DNA of 54,672 nt, counting the filler, from Sphacelaria rigidula (lineage: Eukaryota): the NCBI GenBank assembly GCA_964200075.2. It is 5 parts of 5 records of this genome, joined end to end, with 100 filler letters (N's around TTAATTAATTAA, not from the genome) between each part and the next. Parts side by side here need not be neighbours in the genome. Positions count along the whole stretch, not along the records: positions 32,865 to 43,718 come from CAXNAA020005788.1; positions 43,819 to 54,672 come from CAXNAA020005789.1; 3 more parts are not named here. One strand, given 5' to 3'. Made by a program: the position numbers and the translations under genes. Shown piece after piece: positions 37,901 through 50,200 of this stretch; the stretch's first letter is position 1; each line of letters opens with the position of its first letter. Under the pieces are notes generated by a model. That model saw nothing but the letters and a program-made list of their open reading frames with translations. It was not told where the DNA came from and did no database searches.

Positions 37901-39516
37901 GTCAATATTCGATTACTTGCACACCCCCGTTGGGTTGGCGACAGCGAGGCCGCATGTCCATGAGTATTTTCTCGCATTCGGCGGATTTTCCGTAATTTAT
38001 TTTCGAACAATGTTGCCTGGTCTGTCGCAGACTGCTCGACCCCACTTTCAGCGTCATCGCTTAGAAAGAGATTAGAATCCGATCCGACAATAAAGCCAAC
38101 TGCGATTTTGAGCGCCCCTCTAACTTTCTTCATCCCTCGACATCGCTGAAGCGGATACCACCTTGCCGGAAGCTGCACGAGCTGTGTGTGGGCCATGACA
38201 TTCCCTTCTGTCAGGACGGTATCGAGCGATATCGATGCTCGACCCAGGTCAAAGTAGTGGACATCTCCGTCAGCATCGTCGAAATCGCGAACTAGTATGT
38301 TAACTCTGCCGCTCATCACATCTTCCACGGATTGGACTTCGAGCGGAAACAGGAACTCGGCATCCCAGACAGGGTCTACGGTGAGTTTTCGTACCTCCGT
38401 AGCCTAGGGGTCAGGAATTTTGCAGTTGTTCATGGTTTGGCCGCCGTTCCAATTTATCGCCGATGGGCGAACGAACGGAGCATCGGAAAATGGGGCCGGG
38501 TGGTGAGGACGAAAAATATCGTAAAGGCAACGCGGTTATTCCCTGCTTGACTATGTCAACAGTAACAATGTGATTGAAGTGAGTACAAGCATCTGTGTAC
38601 TGTATCGGCCATGTATATATGATCGACCATCGACTGCATTTTGAAGTTCGGCTAACGGCGCGTTGTGGGAGAAATTAACTACTGATTGCAGAACGATGGG
38701 CTGCAACTGTGTGCACTACTACAGGGAGAACATCACTTGAACTTTGTGTGCGGTGGTACTACTCGATATCACCTTCACCTTGTGCACGCTTGTATTGAAA
38801 GTAGCCTGAATGCAAATGTGTACATACGCCACGTCAAACCTGGACCCAATAAAGGTAAGCATCGACGACCAATAATAACCATAATAATAGGTGAGCCAGA
38901 TTCCAACTACAACGGGCAGACAATACCCGCTTGCAGCCTATCTGGCCATTCCACTCATCTAGTGTTAAGCGGTAACCGAATCGTATTTCTTGTGTTATTT
39001 CAATGTTTTTCCTTGACCGTGCGATCAGATCTCATCAGAGTTTTTGCAGCATGCAGCGTTCACGGAGGGTATAGCAGTTTTGATCTCCTTACAAGAAACA
39101 TGCGTTCAGCGTGAGTGTTTTACTCGTAATTGCCACGAGTGGACGCATGGGAGCTTAAATACTTGGCGTTAGTATCGGCGAAATCTCATATACATGCGGC
39201 TTACGGCTTCGCCACGAATTCGTCGATGTCGTACGAGTATTTGTTCCGAATTCCCGAAATCTGACCCCACGGTGGTCCTGTGCAGAGGGCCTCACAACAG
39301 GACCAACACTAGTGTAGTTTCTCGCCCCTACCCCCCCCCACCATACATTACAGCAATCACCTGGATACGCTGATCCTTTCCCAGGTCAACATCTCCCTCC
39401 CCATTTGAGCCGACCCAAACAAACGCCATAGGATCGCTGGTGCCTGTGGGCAGGTCCGACACTAGCAAGTCCTTGCCCTCCATCACTTTGACTGCCACCC
39501 TCGTGCGCTTCATCAT
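34978..39516 (-). CDS. C2-domain protein with a TORTIFOLIA1/SPIRAL2-like HEAT-repeat region and C-terminal coiled coil (>=1134 aa; last exon not located)
   Basis: Phase-0 exons 39516-39361 (RVAVKVMEGKDLLVSDLPTGTSDPMAFVWVG), 38403-36649 (TVDPVWDAEFLFPL...VRDFDD...LGRASISL...WYPL, a C2 domain; then LDRLESSSTQSMAYGEL...RHMLKLLSWLC...DRVRDADS) and 36468-34978 (WRERAAALELV...AKHDSVAAVREAAGRAL...LDQRLLGLEKSL). All introns are GT-AG. Confidence 0.85.
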
Positions 39517-42009
39517 CGGATCTATCCATGTCGCGATCAGACACGCGGGATGAGCCCACAACATCGAGAGAGTCCAAAACATACGAAGAATGAGCAAGCA
39601 AGCGGTTCGCAATGTAAACATGAGCCTTGTCCTCACGTTCTAAATTCTAAATTCGTCTTGGGCGGTGTTTGTTGTACTCCTAGATAAAAAACGCTGCTTG
39701 GCTACATCACGACTTTTGACAGTGGTGGATGCACAACTCATCGTGACTTGGACGACTCGCTCACAGACCGCACCTTCGCTCTTAGCCACGGAAGAACTGA
39801 AGTGGTCATGAGAAAAGAAACTCGGCTTCAAAGCAGACTTGTGGTTCACGCCGTCCTCGTCTCTGCTCGTTGCCAGGTTATTTCGGCTAGTAGATCCACC
39901 TGCTCTAAACGTCGGCAGCCCCTTGTGCATACCACCTGCCACTGGGCTCTGCGCCATAGAGCTGATGTGTTGAAGGAACGCTCAGGCAAAGGTGCGGTGT
40001 AATAGTGTAGAGCTGTCTGCCAGCTTCCTTGGCTGTAAATCCAGAAGTAACGGTGCCCCGTCTCGAAAGGGATGCATGGACCCTCCCCTTTTTTTCTTCC
40101 ACCAATCTTGTTTAGTCGAGAAGCCTGACAGTCCCGTGAAATGTTGAGTCCAGTAAATGGAAGTCAATGCGCTACATGATATAGTACAGTAACCCCATGA
40201 TGTGCACGTTTCTTTGGCATGCTTGACGAACAGGGAACACCACGCATTATTTTCAGCATCAACACCATGCGCACACTCCTGCGAGGCGCATGGGTGTTAC
40301 GATCATGGCACGGGCGGCTATTTACACGTAGTTGCGGTAGATACGGCGGCAAATACTCTAAATCAATTATGGCCCGTGACGACGAGGAAAGACATCAACG
40401 ATTCATTTGAGTTCCACTAAACTCGAATGAGTTAGCTCATGGGACCAAACTCGTTCATTATAGTTCAGACTTCACAATACTGAATACCATGGGCACACAC
40501 GAGCTGGGACTAGCTAGCAACAAGTAAGGCAGGCGTCGTGACAAATTATACCCACGTGCACCAATACAATGGAATACTTCGTAACAAGAGCACCACTTCT
40601 CGGGATGTTTCTTGAGCAGACATCAAGGCACTAACACCACCAAGCAATGATGGCCATTCATTCCGTGGTTACTTGGCCGGAGAGTAAGTAAACGTTGGTG
40701 GCCTTTACGGAGAACAGCCTTCTACTTGTCTGTGTACCAGCATGTCTTTCATGCGATCGGTACTTCTTCTGCGCGTGACTTGTTCATTCTTTGCCTGCAG
40801 AGTATACGTCGTGGTTCCGAAATGTCCCACCTCGCATACTTCCTTTTGAATAGACTGACCACTCCCACCTCTCACTTGTGGCCATGGTCTCCTTCATCCT
40901 TTCATTCCAATGTTAGAACTAACTCCAACCGACAGCATTTCTCACACCATTTTGCTCTGGTAAGATATGATGATATCTAGGACAACATACGAGAAATAAT
41001 AGGGTTGCGACATTCATAACCTTGGCAAAATACACGGCTATTACTACAATGCGTCCAACATACACACGCGGGCCGCAGTAGTGCTCGGAGGTCTATCCGA
41101 ACATGTATCATGAGGTAACCAACCCCCCCCGATGTCATTGTACAGTGCAATTATCTCGTTCGCCACCACAATGTCTGGATATGCTGCTGTAGTTCATCCG
41201 CGCCGTAGGAAAGAGATGCAGTCACTCACCTCTTCCCTGTCCTTGTCGCCCGAAAGTGCATTTTGACGACGTACCGCCTTCTTGGGCATCACGCAACACC
41301 AAGCAAGCAGCATTTTACACAGTAGTATGTACAACACAAGCGTGAACATCTCGCACCCAGCTAAAATCGTTGGTACGCCTACCTACTACGCGCAGAGACA
41401 GGGGATCAACGACTTTCATCTTGACACGCCGCAGATCACAAGGTGCCCGCCCACCATCCATGTTTTCAACAACCAGGAATACACGCAATGAAGCCTTTTC
41501 CAAGAGAAACGTACCAGCTACGATCGGCACCCAAAATTGCGGTCTCGAAATGCCTCTCTCGCTAACAACTCCAACCCGACCTAGTACAACCGATATCGCT
41601 TTTTCCAAAAACGAGCAATACTTCGAAGCATGATTGATTTTTCTTCCACGAATGTAATGTTGCCGTTATTTCTCTGATAACATTGCCCACAGCCGATGTC
41701 ATGAACGCCGGCATACAAGGAAGAACCCCTACCCAAACTTTGAAACATGACAACGCACGTGCGTACGCTGATTGTGGGGTGGGGTCTACCGTCAACAAAG
41801 AACGGGACATACGTCTACCATCAACTTCGCTTACCGCAGTGTAGAGCCAGCAGCAGCAGCGAGGACTACCTCCACCCGATTGTCACATCACCCACAATGA
41901 GATAAACACGTATCAACCGCTACACCAAAACCATCAGCACTACTATAGCACCACCACCACCTCCAGTGGCAGCAGCAACAAGAATCAATTGCCACCAGCC
42001 AACTGATGA

Positions 42010-43489
42010 TCAATTGAAACTGAAGTCAGAGTCGCCCACGAGCCTGTTGTCAGTCCACAGGTCATACTCTTTGTTGGCCGGTCGTGGGGACTTGATGGCC
42101 GTGTGCGGGGACTTGGTAGCCGGACGTGGGGACTTGACAGCGGGCCGAGGCCGCGGCGATCTACTGGCAGATTTCGAGGCGCGCTTGCTGCCACCACACG
42201 ATTTGGTGGAGCGTCGGTGGACGCGGTCGTTGGTGGCGTCGCCACTGGTACGACCCCTGGCAATGGATGAAGATGTGTTGTCCTTGTCTGTGATTTTCAT
42301 GGAGGTGGCTCCGGCTGGATCCTTGTGTTTGCCATTTTTTTTGCTGACCTTGCTGCCGCTGCCCTTGTCTTTGTTGGCACTACTGCCGTACCTTCCGGCA
42401 GACGAGGTGCTCTTGCGACTCTGAAGTTGCGTGCGTGAGGGTTCGAATACGAAAAAGCGCGCGGGGCATTGGGTATGGACGCGGGGGGTGCGTGTACGAT
42501 TTCTTGTCAGCTATATTCAACAACAACATGGGCAAATTGAACAAGTAAAGGGCAAAATAAACGGGAATGCAAGGGCCATCTGCGCAGAGCACGACTCTTG
42601 TCCCATCGGGCTGGGTTGGAGAAAATTCAAAGGCTGAATATAATATACAGAGCACACAAAAGTAGAGACACCAGATTTTTTCCTACCCCGGGAGCCTCCG
42701 CCGTGCTCTCCGAAGCAATCTGCCGTTGTTGGCTCCGGCGCGAAGAAGGATCGTTCGCCGTCATGCGAGCAGGTTTCTTGGAGTTTCTTCCCTCCCTCTG
42801 AAGCTGGCGTCCGGTGGGCGCACGAGGGCTATTGCCCCGAGGTGTGTCAAACTCCACGCGAGCATGGTTCTTTAACAAAAAGTAGAGCATACGGTATCAT
42901 TGAAACAAGGACGGCAGTGAGACGGTTGGATTTCAAGCAATGCTTCTCCAAATACGACATTGAAGCAGGGAAGGACATGTCTACGAAAGCGCAGTAGAAT
43001 AACGGACACAGTAGATAGTTCTGCACGCGGAAAAAATACAGCCTCGCGCGGGTTGCATTGGGACACATGCTGCGAAGCGTATCCCGAAGATCGCCGTATA
43101 TCTACCCATCTATTTTTCCCCACGCGACGTCAAACTAATATACAACGCCTTTATCTTAGCATTATATATATATATGTATCAAGGTCCTCCACTTATATGC
43201 ATTGACACCTCGCGCTCATCTGTCCGCGGTACATCCCCTCCCCGAGTGGAAACAGACGGAGTCCGGCGTGACGATTGCGGCGGGGGCTGAGCACGAATTT
43301 GAGCGATATGATGTACACTTGTGGAACGTAGGTGTCCTGACTTATGATTTGCCGGGTGGACATCAGGTGTCATGAAGCCGGCAGCGGCAACTGTCGCTCG
43401 AGCTTCAGCGTCCGCCGCGGCGGCGGCGGCAGCGGCAGCGGCAGCAGCAGCTGCTTCCGCTGCGTCTGCTTGTTCTTTCGCAGCACGAC
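42010..43489 (-). CDS. 3' exons of a low-complexity, probably disordered protein (poly-Ala, Ser/Arg/Lys-rich, KSP repeats); 5' part beyond the contig end
   Basis: AG/GT-bounded, phase-compatible exons 43489-43209, 42869-42687 and 42420-42010 (stop TGA after ...DNRLVGDSDFSFN). Confidence 0.75.
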
Positions 43490-43718
43490 CTGTCCCAATC
43501 AGGAGGTGGATTTTTGAGAGGGCGTATAAGAGCAAACCAACTTTTGCGCGATGGTTTTCCTAGTGTACGTCTTGCTGGGCCAGCAGTCGACGCACGATTG
43601 TACAGCGGTAATTTCACGATACAATAGATTAACAGTCATGCCCGTGAATGAAGGAGTCATCCTACGATAGGGGGGGGAGGTATTTTGGGCCATTTGTTGC
43701 TCGAAATTTCGAGTCAGA

Positions 43719-43818
43719 NNNNNNNNNNNNNNNNNNNNNNNNNNNNNNNNNNNNNNNNNNNNTTAATTAATTAANNNNNNNNNNNNNNNNNNNNNNNNNN
43801 NNNNNNNNNNNNNNNNNN
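43719..43818. other. Artificial contig linker
   Basis: N44-TTAATTAATTAA-N44. Confidence 0.98.
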
Positions 43819-45519
43819 GGGGGGGGAGGTATCCGCACGTCGGCTTGGTTCGTGTGGAGGCTGGTGCGATTGCGCTCAGTGCAATCTCCAGGTGGGAGCC
43901 AACGGTCGGATACGTAGGGAGTCACTCTGTTTTTGAAGGGGTGATTCATTAGGTTTTCGCCACCCCCCACGCAGGGGGGGGAGGGGCGGGAGTGCATAAT
44001 GTGACAAAGTTCGAAAGCAACTGCAAAAAATGTTCGATTCTGTGTTCGAGAAGAATCGAGCTTTTTTGCAGAAGCGGACTGGAATTTTCTAGATCTGGAT
44101 TATGGTTGAAGTACCTTGAAGTCATTTCGGAACAGATGTGATGTGATAGAGCGCGTGAGTCAGTTCAGAGCCTCAGCCTTAGTGTGTAGGAAGCAGATAC
44201 AAGGACAAGTGCAAGCACGACTAAGCGACTGTGGTGGGGTGTGGAGTAAGCCCGAGGTGTGCGAGTTACGGGGTACGGGTGTCGCGACCATTAGCGAGTT
44301 ACGACATCTCGAATCGCTGCCGTAGCTCGGTGTCCCGAGTGTTTCTGAAGTTTTTATTTTGCCCTCCCACCACCCCCTTTACGTGGTGAGAATTGGGTTA
44401 TGTGCGGCGCATGGCGCCACTGTCGAGGGTTTTTTCCTGGGAATCGGGTTTTTCCTCACAGAGTTTTTACCGGTGGCTGGGTTTTCCCGCGGCAGTGTTG
44501 AGATTTATTCGATTCCGAATAATCCTTTCTGACCACCCGCCCGATGCTTTCGACGGAGAAAGTGGCGCAGAGGAGGGTGTTTGACGGCAGGTTCAGGCGG
44601 GAGAGTGATGAATGATAAGTAAGGCCCTCGTGAGGGAATTCATCCGATTTTTAGTCGCAGGCGCGGTCCCAGCGTTATACGCGTAGCGGACCGGAGTGGG
44701 CCGTGGGTCGACAAAACCATGGTACCCCTTCGTTTGCCGGCACACGTTGTCGCCAGTGTTCCAGTGGGGTAAATTGTGGGATGCATGTATGTTTTTCTCT
44801 GTATGGTTCATGCCGGTGGGGTTCTTGTCGGCAGGACGTTTGCTAGCGGCGTGTGTACATCACAGATACGTGAGGAGTCGCACTGTTTTTGAATGGATTA
44901 TTGATTCATGAGGTTTCCCCTACCCCCCCCCTCCCCCCCCCCCCCCCCCCCCCCCCCCGCGCCCCGTTTGTCGGGAACGAAACATATAATGCCCCCCGGT
45001 TGTTGACGCCAANNNNNNNNNNGTCGCACTGTTTTTGAATGGATTATTGATTCATGAGGTTTCCCCTACCCCCCCATACCCCCATACCCCCCCCCCCACG
45101 CCGGCCCTCGTTTGACGTGAACATGAAAATTTAAGCACTCGAGTTTGGCCACGAAACTTTGTGGGGTTTTTCCTTGGGTTTTGCGGCGACAGAGCGTTCG
45201 CTAAAAAAATGAACTAAAGACCGTAGTGCAGGTTTTCCGTGGTCCCAGAATGGACGACTTCGAGAAAACGACTTGGATTCCATCGAACTCCCGGAAAACG
45301 GTGAAAAATTCAAGAATTAGAAAAACCTTGTTGATCGAAACTTGCGTGATGATTCAAAGCACATTTGTGCAATTTTTCAGGGTCTAACTCTCAATAACTG
45401 CGTGCAAGATTTGCGCGTTTGTACGAGGATGTGAGCTTGAAACGTGCAAACTCCTAACTACTTGGTTTGAGTATGAAAACATTTTTTGGGACGAAATTGT
45501 ATGATATTTTCGATTTCCT

Positions 45520-46140
45520 CCACCAAACTTCGTACGTGTGTTCCTTGGACCATCCCGGGACGCGTCATATTGTTACTTTTTCTTTTCAGTCATTCTGTAC
45601 CGCCTTCCGGAGGTCTTTGTACTGGGACCCCCGGAAGCCGGTAGAGGACGGAGAACCTTTGAACCCTTGCCAAGAACATTTTTTTTCCATTTGGAGCATC
45701 CATACCGACGTCGCTGCCAAGTTTGAGGATGATCTGAGCTTTTCTACAACAGATATAAGAGAAATCGTCACGAGGCTCCTTGAGTCTTTCCTGCGTATCA
45801 TGAGTGGAAATTAGACGACGTCAAACTCCACATCACCGAAACATTACGGTTTCGGGTATAATTCGACTCCGTTGGAACCGTTTTCAAATCCGTTTCTCCC
45901 GTTAGATTCTTGAGGTGATGACAATCACTACAATTTGAAGCATGTGGAGATTCGGTAGAAATTGGGCTTGGAATTCGTATTTTCAATTTCGGAATCGTTT
46001 GAAAGGCGCTGATTGGTCGAGACACGTTTTTGTCCAAAGCGCCACCGCTAATTCCTTGAACAAAAATCCGGCTATGTCACCCTCTTCGTCTGTTCTCGTG
46101 GTCAGTATTATACCATGTATGCGACTATTGGGTGCGTATT
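45520..46140 (+). repeat. ~600-bp dispersed repeat (diverged second copy ~50715-51325)
   Basis: Collinear blocks CCAAGTTTGAGGATGAT, AGACGACG.CAAAC, TTTTCAAATC, GTTAGATTCT, CTGATTGGTCGAGA and ATTATACCA in both loci. Confidence 0.7.
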
Positions 46141-47290
46141 GCAGAAGGCATTTGCTGATGACAGTTTTTTTTTTTTCCCGTTAACCAGGCTTCATCTGAA
46201 ACGGACACTCGTTGTCTAGGGAAACGTCCAAGGGCAGGTCGGATAGGCTATACCCGATATTTCGATATTTTGAAAAGTGGAGGTCCGATCCATGCCCACA
46301 ACAGCAACCAGCGCGGTGCTGTTGTTCTCCTCTCAAAGGCTCATAAAAGTCATTGTGGCTGACTTAGTCAGGTCATGTTCGACTTTTCGGAATACCAAGA
46401 CATCGGGTACACTCTACCCGTCCTGCCCTTGAAAATGTCAGTGTCGGTACATGATTGCGGGCACTGAGAGGCCTCCTCTGAATGAAGACGAAAAATTGAA
46501 AGGTGGCCAAGTATGTACCCTTTTTCGCGTATGTCCCTTTTATTGTCCAGTCACCCGAAAATTCAAGGAAATTTTGGTCCCTGGACATGCCGCGTGTCGT
46601 GCGTCAAACCTGTTGAAAATATTCAGAGGTCTACACGTTACGCGTGCCGCAACGTGACACGTTACGTTCACGTTATATTTTGGCCGAAACGTAACGTTAT
46701 CATTATCGGCATCATTCACACCCAAAAATATGAATGGTGCTTATTTTACATATCACCTACCCTCGCGGTCAAAGGGTTAACCATTTTGACGGCAAGCATC
46801 GGTCATCTGTTGAATCGGCGTCAATTTGACTTTAAAAAGGTATGCATGACCAAACGTTCAAAACACGTAATATGAAACGTTACATGAAACGTCGTGAACA
46901 GGTTACATGAAGCGGTGCACACTTCAAGTTCGCCATGAATGTTGAGATCCTAGAAGATCTGGTACCGTAGATGACCATTCGGACTTTAGGGGGGGGCACC
47001 CGGCTTTCTAACTCGACGCGCGAGGCCAAGTAGAAATGAACATAGGGTCGGACTACGGGCGAAACTCAAGGCCCCAAAGACCACCAACCGAAGAACTAAG
47101 AATCGCAAGGTTCTATCTTTCGACCTCTCGAGGGACAGCCACACGTACAAGCATACCAGGCATATCAAGACAAGCACCGCATGACATAACGACACCCCTC
47201 ATCGGGGGGTGAGCAAACACACGTATATCCCTCCCCGCTCAAACGCCCCGTGACATCACTGAAGACCCTGTTTTTCACCCCTCTGATCAG

Positions 47291-50200
47291 GTTCCTGTTG
47301 GACCGTCAGCTTTACCACCCGGACCTGTCCAAGTTCGTGCTGGAGGTGCTTCAATCCGTAAGAACGGTCGAGCAGCAAACTGCGACAAGAATGCGCGACA
47401 AAGCCGAAAAATCTACCCCCTCCTCCGACAGTCAACGCACCGATCAGACAGCGCCGTCGACGACCTCGGAGAAAGACCAAACGCCTCTAGAGGGAGGTGA
47501 CCAAACCCCAAACCCGGGGCTTGTCAAACCTGTATCATCGACGTGTGTGACGTCGTGTGGGGTCGCTGTGGAGGGGGCCGCGGGGGTGTTGCCGCCGAAG
47601 TTGCCCGCTGAAGTGCCGGAAACTGGCGGGTTGACGCTGGCGGAGGGTTTTTTGGAGTGGGGAGTGAGGTATGCCTTGGAGAATCTGGCCCGAGCGCAAG
47701 ATAATGACATGTTTCCAAGGGTTGTGGAGCAGTTGCAGGTGTGTTGATGTGTGTGTGTGAAATAGGGCGGGGGGGATGGGGGGGCGGGGTGTACTCATGA
47801 GCTTGCATGCCGTTGTAAATATGACCCTTGGCCTCCTATCCCTACACAACGGGGATAGAGCACGCCGGGATTGCGCCGGATCAGAGGGGGGATGTTGTCC
47901 ACATACGCAGCCATTTGGCTACCTCCAAAATTCCTCCAGGCGGATAAACTTTTCGAGCCTCTGTAGGAATTAAACGCCTCCGGAGGGGTGCGCGCCCCTC
48001 CAGAGGATATTTTTTCGTTCCCTCCACAGGGATTAAACGCCTCCGGAGCTTACTTTTGCCTCTGGAGGGCCGCGCATACCCCCCACATTCCTCCGGAGGG
48101 GTGCGCGGCCCTCCGGGTCGATAGAGTTTGATTTCCTCCAGAGGGATTGAGCGCCTCACGAGGCTTGTTTTCCCCCTTGAGGGCCGCGCACCCTCCAGAG
48201 GCATTTTGAGGTGTAGCCGAAGGGCCGTGTGTGCATGGTTGAAACTTTGGAGGTGCTTTGATAGCACATTGTTGTATTCAGGATATGTTCTGTTGGATTC
48301 TTGTGGCGGGGAAGTATGTAGGATAGTTATCGGCAGGGTTGTGTATAGGTACGGATAAATGGATTGTTTGATTGATTGTCGCACAATAAATGATCCCCAA
48401 GAGACCTAGCCATGGTCATTATCCACAAGATAGACGTACCTGAGGTCAACAAAATGAGGAAGAAACGAAGAGAGAACAGGCAAAGAGAGCAAACTGAGGA
48501 GGAAATATGAAGGAGAGGCAATGAACGTAAAATATCTAGAAAAATGGTGATAAAACAATACTTGCGAAAGAAAACGAAGAAAGTCCGGTCCCTGCAGCAT
48601 TGCTTCAGGTGAAGAAAAAAAGTCATCATTAACACCCGTATACCGTATTGTATCGATAATCAGGACCGATATATCGGGCGTTTACCGTTAGTGGCTAAAG
48701 TATGATGTATATGCCATCATCTATTGAATATTGACGTATGCCGACATCTAGAGTGTCAGTTGGCGCGTAGTACAGAAAAGTACAAAATTACATATCGTTG
48801 TGAACAATATCTGCAGCTCCATCAGGATAAGGGTCTGACGACTGATGAATCATGGTCCGATAACGACCAGTAGAGTTCACCGGCGTTGAGCTACAAATGT
48901 TCATGGTTGACACATTACTTGATTTAAGTGTGTGCAACGAGAATCGGATTTTTCGTAGGGCTGACAGTCGCGTGTCCTCGCCTGCGCAGGGCGCGTTTCC
49001 GTTGAAATCGGCGCCACAGGCGCCGATTTGGGGTCTACCAAGGCCGCACCGTGCCTAGGGAATGCTGTGTACCGCCCTTGCTCGAGGGTTCTCAGTATGC
49101 GTTGGATTGGGTTTAGGGTTAGGGGTAGCGATACGTGTGAAATGGGTCAACCATAGACATTTGTAGCCTAACGCCGGTGAACCAGCGTCATGACGACTGA
49201 CGTATGTCTCCATTGGGTCCTCACACCCCGGAGTAGTCAAGTACGCAAGACTCGAAGTTTTGAAGATTTTATTGTTTCGTTGAATGAACTTGGGGGAGTA
49301 AAACGCGAGACACGTGGGACAGCTCATGAGCTACCTGAAATCACTAGCCGAAGAGGACTCTCAGATCCCTTGTTCAAAAACACAAGATATGTGACAGCGG
49401 GGTCTGAGAAGCCAAAGCGCTGCCTTTGCGCTATTTCACGTGCTCGGCGTCCAGCGCTGTGGGGAGCAGATATGAAAAAAGGGGGCGGGATGAGCTAGCT
49501 CGTGATCCAGATCAGTACACTAACAAGAAGCAAATATTCAGATGGCTCATGAGTTATCCGACATGTGAAACGCCCAAAGGTGTTCATCGGTGTCTTCAAC
49601 CTCGTGCTTGAAACCCAAATGCTCCGTCTGAGTGAGTCTGCAAAGGTATCCGACATGAACTCCGCGGTGGGTTGAACGTCGCACATGCATTTTTTCCCAC
49701 ACTGACTGATGGACGTAGGACGTACTGCACTGTATCAAAACAAAACAGAACAGTGACCCCCAAATTGTGCATGGAAAATAATTGGTCTGGCTGGGCGCCT
49801 TATCATTGCCAAAGCGTCGCTACTGAGTATGATTCATATGAGTATTAGTCGTGTCGGTGTGTCTTGAGTCCCGTGTGCTAGTCGGGCTGTGGTCATTGAT
49901 GATACATTTTCATCTCACCAATCATTCCTGAGCATGTTTCTCGAGCATTCTGGGCTTGATTTGAAAGGGGAATGAAGGCCAATCGCGTGTTCTTTTCACC
50001 TCCTGCGGCGCTCCCGGCGAGGCCCCCTCGCCAGCCAGGGGGTGGGTTGTTCCCGCTCGGATTAAAACCCTCGCCTGGTTCCACCACCAGTATTTTCGTG
50101 GTATGTCGGCTGTGCTGATTTGCCGGTTTGCCGATAATATCGTTAAATGTCGCCGATACGAGCTGAGCCAGCCAAGCCTTCTTATTTGCGGGTGAACAGT

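Noticed and set aside
12254..39516. Apparent calcium-signalling cluster (CDPK plus C2-domain gene)
   Set aside because: The genes are on different concatenated contigs, so their proximity is artificial.
40830..40900. In-frame TGA in a coding-like minus-strand stretch (possible selenocysteine)
   Set aside because: No Cys/Sec redox context, no SECIS identified and the exon itself is unverified.
44877..45080. ~55-bp exact duplication flanking a 10-N gap
   Set aside because: Same artefact at a poly-C run, not a biological duplication.
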